Of a DNA stretch of 52,827 bases, positions 9,225-18,390 are shown piece by piece. Each line of letters opens with the position of its first letter. The first letter of the stretch is position 1. The position numbers and the translations under genes were made by a program. The DNA is from an uncultured Methanobacteriaceae archaeon. GTDB taxonomy: Archaea > Methanobacteriota > Methanobacteria > Methanobacteriales > Methanobacteriaceae. Location of the stretch: assembly GCA_964444115.1 (NCBI GenBank), contig CAYUFT010000002.1, forward strand, positions 1-52,827. The letters run 5' to 3'. The notes under the pieces were generated by a model that was given only the letters and a program-made list of their open reading frames with translations, made no database searches and had not been told where the DNA came from.

Positions 9225-10442
9225 TTAACTATTTAAATGGTGTTTCAACCGTTCTACATAACGTTTAGACAAAGGCAGGGCTGTCACCCCATGGGCCACC
9301 ACACTAAATAGCACGGTTACAAAAATGACTAAAATAAAAGTATCCTCGCTAGGAAAAGATCCCAGCTCTTCCAAAGCAATAAGGGCCAATACCACGGAGG
9401 CCAGGCCCCTAGGGCCAAACCAACCCATGAATAAGATGGAACTTATGTCAACTTTGGCCCCCAGTAGGGATAGGGCCACGGGTAGCATACGGATAATGGT
9501 TAAGCTTAAAATAGCATAGAGAACGATTTGCCAGGTGATAAATGGTAGCAATCCCGCGATTATTATCCCTAAAATAAAGAAAACTGTTAGGTTAAGAAAC
9601 TGGCCTTCGGCCTCGGCAAAGTCAATGAGAACTTTCCCTGCATCCCGGGTGATGTATCCTGTAGCCAGGCCACCTACAAAGGCCGCTATAAATCCACTGC
9701 CCCCAATTTCATCAGCTAAAAGGAAAGAGATTACGGCTAAAACTAAAAATGCGATTCTCTGATACTCGGGGGTGATCCATCCCTTATCACGGGATTTTAT
9801 AACCACTCCAGAACCAATGATTCCCACACCCAGACCTACCAGGGCCCCTAATCCTATTTGGGCCAGGGCCACCTCTATAAAATATCCCATGGGGGAAAAT
9901 GTCTCCTCAGCCAGGCCTATGGCAATAAATACCAGTAAAAATGGCACACACAATCCATCATTTAAACCACTTTCCATTTCCAGGGCTTTGCGGATTTTTT
10001 CCGGGATTTTCTTATTTTTAACTACAATCTGGCCCAGGGCCGCATCAGTAGGGGCCAGAACTATTCCAATGATGGCAGCTTCCCAAAAAGTTAAATCAGT
10101 GAATATTGCCGCTGCAGCCAGAATTCCCAGGATTAGGGTAGATATTAGGCCTACAGATAAAAGTCTTAGGGTTAATAGATTTGATTTAAGGGCCCCTAAT
10201 TTGACCTGGGAGGCATCGGTGAACAGCACCAGTACCAGGGCCACTTCGGCAATTATGAGCACGATAGTGGATATGGGAGGTTCTCGCACATCCACAAAAC
10301 CCGTTAAAAAATAGCCGGCCGCCATACCGGCAAATATGAAAATCATCTGGGCCGATACCGGTAGATTATCAATTTTACTTGATATTAAGGCCACTATAAA
10401 TAGCATTATGAGAAAGAATAGTAGTTCCACCATGTTTATCAT
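9225..10442 (-). CDS. Cation:proton (Na+/H+) antiporter, CPA1-like
   Basis: 405-aa polytopic membrane protein with LAPTDAA and ESGLNDG motifs characteristic of Na+/H+ exchanger family proteins. Confidence 0.8.
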   Translation of the reverse strand: MINMVELLFFLIMLFIVALISSKIDNLPVSAQMIFIFAGMAAGYFLTGFVDVREPPISTIVLIIAEVALVLVLFTDASQVKLGALKSNLLTLRLLSVGLISTLILGILAAAAIFTDLTFWEAAIIGIVLAPTDAALGQIVVKNKKIPEKIRKALEMESGLNDGLCVPFLLVFIAIGLAEETFSPMGYFIEVALAQIGLGALVGLGVGIIGSGVVIKSRDKGWITPEYQRIAFLVLAVISFLLADEIGGSGFIAAFVGGLATGYITRDAGKVLIDFAEAEGQFLNLTVFFILGIIIAGLLPFITWQIVLYAILSLTIIRMLPVALSLLGAKVDISSILFMGWFGPRGLASVVLALIALEELGSFPSEDTFILVIFVTVLFSVVAHGVTALPLSKRYVERLKHHLNS

Positions 10443-10612
10443 TATTTTTTATGTTATTGGTGGGTGAAATAATTTTTTATTTAAACTAAAGGACTGATAT
10501 ACTATCGCAATATAATATTTCATTTTATATTCATTATTCAGACAATACTAAACACTTACTTCCATATTTAATGTTTATTGAATTTAAGATTGTATTTAAA
10601 AAAATAAAAGAA

Positions 10613-11362
10613 TTAATATTTTTTTGTTTTGAATTTTAGCACGTATCCTGTGTTTTTATTTCCGGCAGCATCTTTGACCGCTCCCGCAGGTATGTAAACT
10701 CGATAGGTGTTAAGACTTAGTCTGCTTCTGGTCATTTTGATGGTTAATGTGTTTCCAGATAGGCTGGTTACTGTTGATTTTGCGATTTTATTGGTGTTTA
10801 GGTTTTTAATGTAGATTTTTGAGAATTTTGTTCCTTTGCTGATTTTTTCACTGAATTTGATTTTTATGGGTGAGGTTAGAGATAAATGGTTGGAGTTAGT
10901 GAGGGGTTTAGTTGTAATTATTTTAGGTGGAATTATGTCATTGTATGTTGTGCCACCAAAACTCAATTTCTGTGAAGTTACACTTACATAGATATTTCTC
11001 GAGGTGTCAATATCCGGGGTTTCCAATGTATGTCCACTATAATCCCCCATTATCGGTACATCAAAATCATCTGCAACACGTTTTAGGGTTCCAGTAGTTG
11101 TATAATATGCTATGTCTATTTGAACATTATAACTGACATAAACTAGTTCACTTCGCCATTCTGTTTTTAAGCTTGATGATGATGGGCTGGTTATGGTAAA
11201 CCCTACCGTATTGAAAGGACCAGCACCTATTGGTTGATAATTTCCAATTTTAACATTATTATAATATCCTGAGGGTAAATAACTGGCTGAAATGGCCGTC
11301 ATGCTGGCAAAAACACAACATACAAAAGCAACTATTAGAAATTCTTTTTTCATATTTTTCAC
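10613..11362 (-). CDS. Secreted protein with a C-terminal SbsA-type Ig-like domain
   Basis: Signal-like N-terminus MKNMKKEFLIVAFVCCVFASMTAISA. C-terminal pattern ...IKFSEKI...LTIKMTRSRLSLNTYRVYIPAGAVKDAAGNKN. Confidence 0.65.
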   Translation of the reverse strand: MKNMKKEFLIVAFVCCVFASMTAISASYLPSGYYNNVKIGNYQPIGAGPFNTVGFTITSPSSSSLKTEWRSELVYVSYNVQIDIAYYTTTGTLKRVADDFDVPIMGDYSGHTLETPDIDTSRNIYVSVTSQKLSFGGTTYNDIIPPKIITTKPLTNSNHLSLTSPIKIKFSEKISKGTKFSKIYIKNLNTNKIAKSTVTSLSGNTLTIKMTRSRLSLNTYRVYIPAGAVKDAAGNKNTGYVLKFKTKKY

Positions 11363-11535
11363 CTTAGAAGTAATCTATAATCTAGATGTCTAAATATAAA
11401 TAAATTTATGACTAATTCATAAAATAATAGAAATTAAAAATGCAATCAATTTGTTGTAAGTTAAAAAAAGGGTTGATTCTAATTATTTAGATAATGGTTA
11501 ATTGTTTATTTTTTGGCTTATTTCTTTAAAAATGA

Positions 11536-12069
11536 CTATTTTAATAATAATTTCTCAATTTCAAAAAGGAATCTTTTAGATCTATCTAATGAGGTCTTGG
11601 CCTTTGATGTTTTTACTGATTCGGTCATATTATATTGAAATTTAGATCTTTTAATTCGTTCAAATTCAAAGCTTTCTATTAAATCATTTGCTTTCAATTT
11701 AGTAACATCTAGAGCCTCTTCTTTTGCTTCTTCAAAGTCTTCTAAATATTTTTGTTCTAATTTATTTCTAATATAAACTATCAATGCATCACTGGTTACT
11801 TTATGAGAAATACGATCACCAACTTTATAACCCATTTTGTAGAGTATTGCATTGGCCATATAATACATGGCGTAATAAGAACACACTATAACCCACAGAG
11901 AAGACATATCATTTTTATCTAAAAAATCAGCAACCTTTATACTCTCTTGTGAATTTTTTATTAAAATATTTATAATATTTTCATCAGGAGTTTTATTTTT
12001 TAATAACCCCTCTTTAAAATAGGATTTAACGTTTTTTTCTGCCTGAATAATTTTATTATCATCTAACAT
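11536..12069 (-). CDS. HEPN-domain protein (toxin-like partner of MNT)
   Basis: All-helical 177-aa protein, ...WVIVCSYYAMYYMANAILYKMGYKVGDRISHKV.... Overlaps the upstream nucleotidyltransferase gene by 11 nt. Confidence 0.65.
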   Translation of the reverse strand: MLDDNKIIQAEKNVKSYFKEGLLKNKTPDENIINILIKNSQESIKVADFLDKNDMSSLWVIVCSYYAMYYMANAILYKMGYKVGDRISHKVTSDALIVYIRNKLEQKYLEDFEEAKEEALDVTKLKANDLIESFEFERIKRSKFQYNMTESVKTSKAKTSLDRSKRFLFEIEKLLLK

Positions 12070-12634
12070 TATTTAACATCCGGTAATAATCTTCAATACC
12101 CACTAATATTATATTATTTTTCATAGCCTCCGAAACAACGGTAAATTCTTTGCTCATGGCCATATCCATAAAATCTTCAAAATTTAAAGTTGTAAGATGA
12201 ATATCCAAGGGTAATAAAGAAATAATGCTTTCAAAATCATTTTCACGATTTTTTTCACATATTATTAAAAGATCTATATCTGATCCATATAGTGCTTCTT
12301 TTTTAGCATTAGATCCGAAAATGAGGGAAATAAATGGAAAGCTAAGGTGGTTTAGTTTATTATATAGGACTTTAAAATCCAGATTCTTGATTAAATCTTC
12401 TCTTCGCTTAAATTCAGCTTCAAAAAGGCAGTGATGATTTTTTTTATTTAAAACAATATTGTATGCTTTCCCCAACTTCTCCAAGAAAATTAGATTTTCT
12501 TTTTCCAGTCTTTTAACAATATCATGTACGGTTTTATAATCAGTATTAGTCTCTTTAGATAGCTGACTGATAGTTATTTGTTCACTATCTTTCTCTAACA
12601 ATGAAATTAAAATATCCACATCTTTTTTTTTCAT
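12059..12634 (-). CDS. wHTH-fused minimal nucleotidyltransferase (MNT)
   Basis: N-terminal wHTH (ISQLSKETNTDYKTVHDIVKRLEKENLI) and the NTase motif GSNAKKEALYGSDIDLLII. Confidence 0.8.
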   Translation of the reverse strand: MKKKDVDILISLLEKDSEQITISQLSKETNTDYKTVHDIVKRLEKENLIFLEKLGKAYNIVLNKKNHHCLFEAEFKRREDLIKNLDFKVLYNKLNHLSFPFISLIFGSNAKKEALYGSDIDLLIICEKNRENDFESIISLLPLDIHLTTLNFEDFMDMAMSKEFTVVSEAMKNNIILVGIEDYYRMLNNVR

Positions 12635-12637
12635 GAC

Positions 12638-12679
12638 AATATCACCATAACATTATGGTAGTTCTACCATATTATCTAT
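12638..12679. promoter_or_regulatory. Operator-like 42-bp element abutting the MNT start codon (copy 1)
   Basis: AATATCACCATAACATTATGGTAGTTCTACCATATTATCTAT contains the inverted repeat ACCATAA-ca-TTATGGT plus a third ACCAT half-site. It lies 4 nt from the ATG at 12634. Confidence 0.55.
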
Positions 12680-12847
12680 GTATAATTAATTAATATAGTT
12701 TTCTAAAAATTAGTGTTTATTAATTAATTTAACTTTATAAAGAAAATCAATAATTTATAAGATTAAATAAGCATTTTAAATAATTAAAAATCATTATAAA
12801 AGGTTTTTTTAAATATATTTTCAAAAATATATTGAATTTATTATGGT

Positions 12848-12889
12848 AATATCACCATAACATTATGGTAGTTCTACCATATTATCTAT
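12848..12889. repeat. Perfect second copy of the 42-bp element, 210 bp away
   Basis: Identical 42-mer to 12638-12679, preceded by an extra TTATGGT half-site at 12841-12847. Confidence 0.85.
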
Positions 12890-13061
12890 ATTAATATAAT
12901 TAATACTATTGGTTAATTTTTTCTAATCTCTGTAAGAAGTTCTCATTGCACCCCTAGATATTCATAAAAGATTTCAACTTCTTTAATAGTTTTCAATTCT
13001 TTTTTTAATAATCATAATAGTCATATATTTAGTAATAATAAATATTATTTCAGTGATATAA

Positions 13062-13818
13062 ATGTTTTCTGAAAAAGATCTCAATAAAACTAGGGACGTT
13101 AATCCTGGAATAAATAATGATTATCGAATATTAAAAGAGCGTTCTATTAAATCCCAAATAAAAATAAAGTCTAAAAATAATAATTCATATCCCCTTGATT
13201 CAGAAATTAACCAATTAGAATCATCAGGCCAAATATTAATCTCCAAAGGTGGTAGATTCAATAAATTAATAAAAGAACATGAATTAGCCATAAGCAAGAT
13301 TATTATTTATAGTATAAACGAATCAACATTTACTTCTGGATAAATCTGAAACCTTAGACCTTCTTAAAGGTAAAAAATCAGAAAAAATACTTACTTTGGC
13401 AGATGAATTATCTACTTATTCGGCATTATCTCATTGCCGAGAAGAATGGCTAAAAAATTTAATTAACGAGCTATATAAGCAAAAATTATCTTCAAATTAA
13501 ATATAATTCTGGAAAAGAATTATTAACACTAAATGAAAATAGTTTGCAATTATTTCCCCCAATATACCTGGTAAAAATGAAAAAGAGTCATTTGTTTATG
13601 ACGAAAAATTATATGAAAAACTTAGAAAATTAAGAAATGAATTAGCCACAGAAAATAATTTCGCCCCCTACATTATTTGCAATAATTCGACATTAAAAGA
13701 AATGGCCGTGAAAATGCCTAAAAATGATAAATCCCTGATTAAAATTAAAGGCGTGGGTGTGAAATTTTTGGAAAACTATGGCCTTGCTTTTTCAGAAGGT
13801 TATAAAGGATTATTGTGA
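13062..13818 (+). pseudogene. Frameshifted remnant of a RecQ-family C-terminus (RQC wing + HRDC)
   Basis: Three frames read in succession. First ...ISKIIIYSINESTFTSG. Then LDLLKGKKSEKILTLADELSTYSALSHCREEWLKNLINELYKQKL (RQC-like). Then EKLYEKLRKLRNELATENNFAPYIICNNSTLKEMAVKMPKNDKSLIKIKGVGVKFLENYG (HRDC-like). There is no helicase core and no start for the HRDC frame. Confidence 0.55.
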
Positions 13819-14029
13819 TGAAATTATTGGAGATTAAAATTTAGTGATGTAAATTTTACAACAAATATATATAAGTAATCTTTAAAATAACAACACATTA
13901 AAACTATTCAGGCTCGAATCTGGATAAAACATTAATCGTAGAGTCAGTAAAAGAGGTTGGGCCACAGCCATAATGTCCAACATAGAAACAAAGGAATAAA
14001 TAAAAAAGAATTATTAATGGAGCTTTAAA

Positions 14030-14455
14030 ATGAAAGTCACCCTCATAAGAGAAATAACTGGTGAAGAATTAATCCATGATCTGGAAAGAACATATGGATC
14101 CATTAATAAACTGGAAACGCTTTATGAGAGAAATCCAGAGAACATGAAGATATATACGGACCTGGACAATTGGAAATACTATTCTAACAACTTAGAAGAG
14201 GTAATTCAGGAATGTAAAACCACAATCACCGAAAAACTAAGCCTGGGAAAAGTAGAAATGGAATTACTGAATTTAATTAAAACCCAAAAACCCCAATCCA
14301 TCCGAGAACTGGCCCGCATGATTCATAAAGATATAAAGACCGTGCATGTAAAAGTGAAAAAACTGGAAAAAGAAGGCCTTATTGAATTTAAGAAAGGGCC
14401 TAAGAATAAGAAGATTCCGGTGATGAATTATGATAAGATAGAGATTATTGTTTGA
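14030..14455 (+). CDS. wHTH DNA-binding protein (MarR/HVO_A0114-like)
   Basis: C-terminal half ELLNLIKTQKPQSIRELARMIHKDIKTVHVKVKKLEKEGLIEFKK...PVMNYDKIEI. Confidence 0.55.
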   Translation: MKVTLIREITGEELIHDLERTYGSINKLETLYERNPENMKIYTDLDNWKYYSNNLEEVIQECKTTITEKLSLGKVEMELLNLIKTQKPQSIRELARMIHKDIKTVHVKVKKLEKEGLIEFKKGPKNKKIPVMNYDKIEIIV

Positions 14456-14651
14456 TTTTTCATTTTATGTTGACTTAATCTCATTGAATATTTAATTAAA
14501 TACATTGTTAGTTTTAATATATATTAATATTTCCAAAAATCCGATTAAATATTATTTCACTATTAGAAAATAGCTTTGAAAACAAAATAAGAAATTATTA
14601 ACCATGTTTTTACAGTTTATATGGTTATATTTTTTTAAAAATTCTATAAAA

Positions 14652-14671
14652 TTGAACCATATATGGTTCAA
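14652..14671. promoter_or_regulatory. Perfect 20-bp palindrome TTGAACCATATATGGTTCAA in the promoter region of the AlbA_2-like gene
   Basis: Exact self-complement. Additional AACCATAT/ATATGGTT half-sites lie at about 14600, 14619, 14715 and 14730, and an imperfect TTGAAC...GGTTCA at 14681-14699. Confidence 0.55.
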
Positions 14672-14827
14672 TATGATAATTGAACTAAATACGGTTCACT
14701 CTAAGATTTTATAAATATGGTGGACTTAAACCATATTAGGTAAGTTTATTAAATTTATTTAATACAAAAATTATAAATAATTAATACTAATAAATATCAT
14801 ACATTAATTTATAGAGTTGGAGTTAAA

Positions 14828-16165
14828 ATGAATTTTACTACTGTTTTAGAAGAAGGAGAAAATACAAAAGTAGAATTTAAGGAATCCATGAATGAAAATG
14901 GATATAAAACTATTTCTGCTTTTTCTAATACTTCTGGAGGTACCTTATTTTGCGGAGTCTCTGATGATGGAAATATTATTGGTTTTGATTGTTCAGAAGA
15001 ATCTGTAAGGAAAATAACCACTAAAATACTTAATAAAATGGGAATCCACCCCTTAATAGATTGTTTCCAGGAGCAAGAAATAAAAATTTTAAAAATTCAA
15101 ATTGAAAAGAACACCAATCCTATTTCTTACAATGGTCGATATTACAAGCGTGTGGGAAGTTCCACCACTGAAATGAGACATGACGAACTAAAAGAGTTTT
15201 TTTTAAGAGGTACCAACTGGGATGGCCTTACCGGAGATTATGGATTGGAAGAAATAGATCCCGAAACTCTGGAAACATTTATAAAAAGAGCCGTAAATAG
15301 TGGGAGACTATTGGATTACACAACATTTGATATTCAAGAAATACTCACTCAACTAAACCTTCTAGTTGATGGAAAACTCACCCACGCTGCAATTATATTA
15401 TTTGGTAAAAATCCTCAGAAATACTTTAATAACGCCCTGATTAGAGTCATGAAATTTAAAGGAGAAATCAGTATTTCTGATAGGCATATTAAAGGTAATC
15501 TTTTCCAACAAGTTCAGGATGCAGAAGAAGCTATAAAAAATGTTATAAATGTGGAATATTCCATAAATGATGAACTAAGAAGAGAAGAAATTTGGGATTA
15601 TCCTTTAAAAGCAATTAGGGAATCATTACTTAATTCAATCATTCACCGAGATTATTTCAAACACGGCATACAAAATCAAATCAAAATATATGAAGATAAT
15701 ATCTGGTTTTTTAATCCCGGCGGTCTCTTTGGAGGGATTACCCTAGAAGATCTTAAAAAGCCCCATCCTTCGGCCACCAGAAACCCGCTCATTGCCGACG
15801 TATTTTTTAGAGCAGGCCTGGTAGAAGTATTTGGTTCAGGTATAGGTCGAATATTAAATTCTCTCAAAGATAATGGCCTTCCTGAAGCTGAATTTAAGGA
15901 AGAATTTGGCGGTTTCTCAGTTTATTTAATGAGAGTGGCTTGTATGGAAGAAACTCTAAAGGGCCTAGGCCTTAATGAAGATCAGATTATAGTTATGAAC
16001 TATTTAAAAGAACATGAATCTATTACCATGTCTGAATTTAAGAGGGTTTCCCCCAATGTTCACGAGCGGACCTTACGGCGTTATTTATCAGATTTAGTGG
16101 ATAAAGATCTTATAAGGCCCCTTGGGGATAAAAAAGGAAGGAAATATGTTATATTTAATGATTGA
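14828..16165 (+). CDS. AlbA_2/Schlafen-type divergent-AAA domain protein with a HATPase_c_4-like region and a C-terminal wHTH (RecG-like putative transcriptional regulator)
   Basis: EGENTKVEFKES and AFSNTSGGTLFCGVSDDGNIIG (AlbA_2). LLNSIIHRDY, FFNPGGL and TRNPLIADVFFRAGLVEVFGSGI (HATPase_c_4-like). C-terminal ...ITMSEFKRVSPNVHERTLRRYLSDLVDKDLI. RBS GGAG. Confidence 0.8.
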   Translation: MNFTTVLEEGENTKVEFKESMNENGYKTISAFSNTSGGTLFCGVSDDGNIIGFDCSEESVRKITTKILNKMGIHPLIDCFQEQEIKILKIQIEKNTNPISYNGRYYKRVGSSTTEMRHDELKEFFLRGTNWDGLTGDYGLEEIDPETLETFIKRAVNSGRLLDYTTFDIQEILTQLNLLVDGKLTHAAIILFGKNPQKYFNNALIRVMKFKGEISISDRHIKGNLFQQVQDAEEAIKNVINVEYSINDELRREEIWDYPLKAIRESLLNSIIHRDYFKHGIQNQIKIYEDNIWFFNPGGLFGGITLEDLKKPHPSATRNPLIADVFFRAGLVEVFGSGIGRILNSLKDNGLPEAEFKEEFGGFSVYLMRVACMEETLKGLGLNEDQIIVMNYLKEHESITMSEFKRVSPNVHERTLRRYLSDLVDKDLIRPLGDKKGRKYVIFND

Positions 16166-16170
16166 TATAT

Positions 16171-16208
16171 CGGACATTTCGGCCAAATAACGGACAATTT
16201 ATCGGACA
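16171..16208 (+). repeat. Array of four CGGACA-type hexamers at 9-12 bp spacing, just after the AlbA_2-like stop codon
   Basis: CGGACA at 16171, CGGCCA at 16180, CGGACA at 16191, CGGACA at 16203. A matching array (CTGACA, CGTACA, CGGACA, CGGACA) lies at 18613-18649. Confidence 0.6.
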
Positions 16209-16483
16209 AAATGAATTTAATTGAAATTTAATATTATACAGTAACCATTTCTCTCTCAATACTTGGAATACTAGTATCATTAGATGTAAAAGTATCAATA
16301 GATTGAATCTGGTCTTGTTTATGTATATTCACACCTATAGAGACCTTAAGACATATGGATTTATCATCAACATGAACCTTCATTTTTATCATATTTATAT
16401 GGCCCAAGCGGGACTTAGAAATTTTAAGAAAACGAGACGCATTTAATATTTCCAGGACTTTTAAGGAAAATCAGAGATTGTAA

Positions 16484-16852
16484 TTAGGCGATTTTCTGCC
16501 GGCTGCTCGGGGCAGTTACCAGGATCTCCTGAAAAAAGCCAAATTTGCCGCAAATTCCTGGAAAAACCAGAAGGAATTAATGCGTCTTAAAGCCATTGAA
16601 GATAATTCTAAAAGGATATTCAACCATTCCCAGACCGAAGAATGGGCCGTTAATATTAATGTCCACTATAATAATTGGACTAATTTCTCGGTGGAAGATT
16701 TTAGACAGGTAGTGGGGGCTTTTCATGACCTATTTGGAGTTTTCCAGTGCGATAGCTGTAGAGGCATTATACATCTGAGTAAAAACGGAACAACTGCAGA
16801 GGCCGTTCGGTGCAATTGCGGGGCAGTTAATTGGAATTTAGTTAAGAAATGA
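16484..16852 (+). pseudogene. Remnant encoding only the C-terminal module of an ABC ATPase paralogous to the 32232..34604 gene
   Basis: NINVHYNNWTNFSVEDFRQVVGAFHDLFGVFQCDSCRG...VRCNCG aligns by eye with GNLLSHENLMAGNVSIDEVESFCNSIHKLHEFMLCDECSN...FRCSGKNC. The frame is open from 16484 and the first ATG is at 16580. Confidence 0.5.
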
Positions 16853-17160
16853 TGATTTAAATAGGGTTTGCCTACGGCAGGTTCATAAACCTGGTTTCTC
16901 TTCCATGGTGTGATGCTTTCAGGATGTCAACGTTTTTAATCAAATATGCATTATATTTTTTTATAATAATGATTTAGATTATTTTTACTTTTCATACGCT
17001 CTATCCAAATCCTATTATACTTGAATGGTCGACTTATAATAGATATGAGGAGATTAAATACATTATATCAAAATTGAATCCAAATAACCTGCTTTGAGTC
17101 GATATTCAAAGTAATAGGAAATATTATTTTTAAAAATATTATTGGGGATTTTAAGTAAAA

Positions 17161-17990
17161 TGAAAGATGTAGCTTGTGAACAATGCGGGGCTCAGTACCA
17201 GGTCCAGCCTGTGCTTAATATCAAAAGATGTTCAAAATGTGGTGGGAACCTTAAAGGAGCCCCCCGTGCAAAGAGATCCTATAAATCTAAAAGGAAGCTT
17301 ATAAAAAATCGCCGATACTATGCTGAGCGCCAGGCATCATATTTTGGCGTAGCCATGTTAGTCGGAGTCATAATTGGTTTAATTGGACTATTAGCAATAT
17401 TTATCACCAGAGTATATATTGCAGCGGGAATATTTGCTGCGGGAATATTATTATTCAGAAAAGCCTCTGAAAAGAGAAAAATCTGGAAGAAAGGTGTGAG
17501 GGGTGAGCGAAAAGTAGCTAGATATCTAAATACTCTCCCCAGAGGATTCTTTGTTTTTAATGATGTAACCCTACCCCATACCAAAGGCAATCTTGACCAT
17601 GTAGTTGTGGGGCCTACCGGCGTTTTTGCCATAGAGACCAAGAATTATCTGGGTAGATTCCAGCTCAATGGGGATGACCTACAAATTATAAAAAAAGGAC
17701 ATTTAAGACCATTACACACCAACCCTGGCAGACAGTCCAGGTATAATGCAACAGGGCTATCAAAATATATATCTGCCCAGGGTATAACTGGTGTTCGTGT
17801 GAGGCCCGTGGTGACCTTTATAAATAAAAATGTGGATATAAAAATGAATCCTCAGAACTATGATTTCACTTATCATGATACATTGCAGGGTTTTATATTA
17901 AAACAACACGGAAATATGGATTATGATAAAATAAAAAAATGTGCATTTATATTGAGGAAGTATTGTGCTGAATATTCTTTTTTTGAGTAA
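17161..17990 (+). CDS. NERD-domain protein with an N-terminal zinc ribbon and TM helices
   Basis: CEQCGAQY...CSKCGG, TM segment FGVAMLVGVIIGLIGLLAIFI..., NERD core GERKVARYLNTLPRGFFVFNDVTLPHTKGNLDHVVVGPTGVFAIETKNY. The ORF track opens at TTG 17142, and the ATG at 17161 is more likely. Confidence 0.8.
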
Positions 17991-18037
17991 TCCTTACGGA
18001 TTCATGAGACAAAATAATCCTGAAAAATAAAAATAAA

Positions 18038-18065
18038 AAAAAGGAAAAAAGTTTATTTCCTTTTT
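18038..18065. terminator. Hairpin with flanking A/T runs between convergent genes
   Basis: AAAAAGGAAA-aaagttta-TTTCCTTTTT gives oligo-T on both strands. It lies between the stops at 17990 (+) and 18070 (-). Confidence 0.4.
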
Positions 18066-18069
18066 GGCA

Positions 18070-18345
18070 CTAAAAACCACCACAAACCGCAAGCATAGTT
18101 AGTATTAATCCTACTATTGGTAATCCTGTTTTCTGCATCCCCACTGATTTTTCTGTTGTGGTTACTGCGTTTAATGTTGCTGTGGGAATAAAATCGACAT
18201 ATAAAAATAGCAAACCATTTCTTAAAATTAGAATTGATAAAGTTCCTATTTTATATCTTGCTTTTTCTCCAGGGATTAGCACCGGTTCATTAAATAAAAC
18301 TATAGTTTTCACACCATTTGCCTTGACAATAAATGGTTTCACCAC
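18070..18345 (-). CDS. Small protein with a C-terminal hydrophobic anchor (possibly a fragment of a surface protein)
   Basis: 91-aa ORF with a GTG start preceded by AAGGAA. Ends in ...KTGLPIVGLILTMLAVCGGF. No N-terminal signal peptide. Confidence 0.3.
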   Translation of the reverse strand: MVKPFIVKANGVKTIVLFNEPVLIPGEKARYKIGTLSILILRNGLLFLYVDFIPTATLNAVTTTEKSVGMQKTGLPIVGLILTMLAVCGGF

Positions 18346-18390
18346 GGAGTTCCTTAGTTAATTCTAATGTTTTGAAATCTATCCACACTA

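Noticed and set aside
9325-10314. Three plus-strand ORFs (9325..9519, 9535..9762, 9772..10314) opposite the antiporter gene
   Set aside because: They are antisense shadows of a well-supported 405-aa transporter gene. Their composition is Pro/Arg/Ser-rich and atypical for this genome.
13900-13925. String CAGGCTCGAATCTGG resembling a tRNA T-arm, possibly an att-site remnant
   Set aside because: The flanking bases do not form a T-stem or acceptor stem, and no cloverleaf can be drawn.
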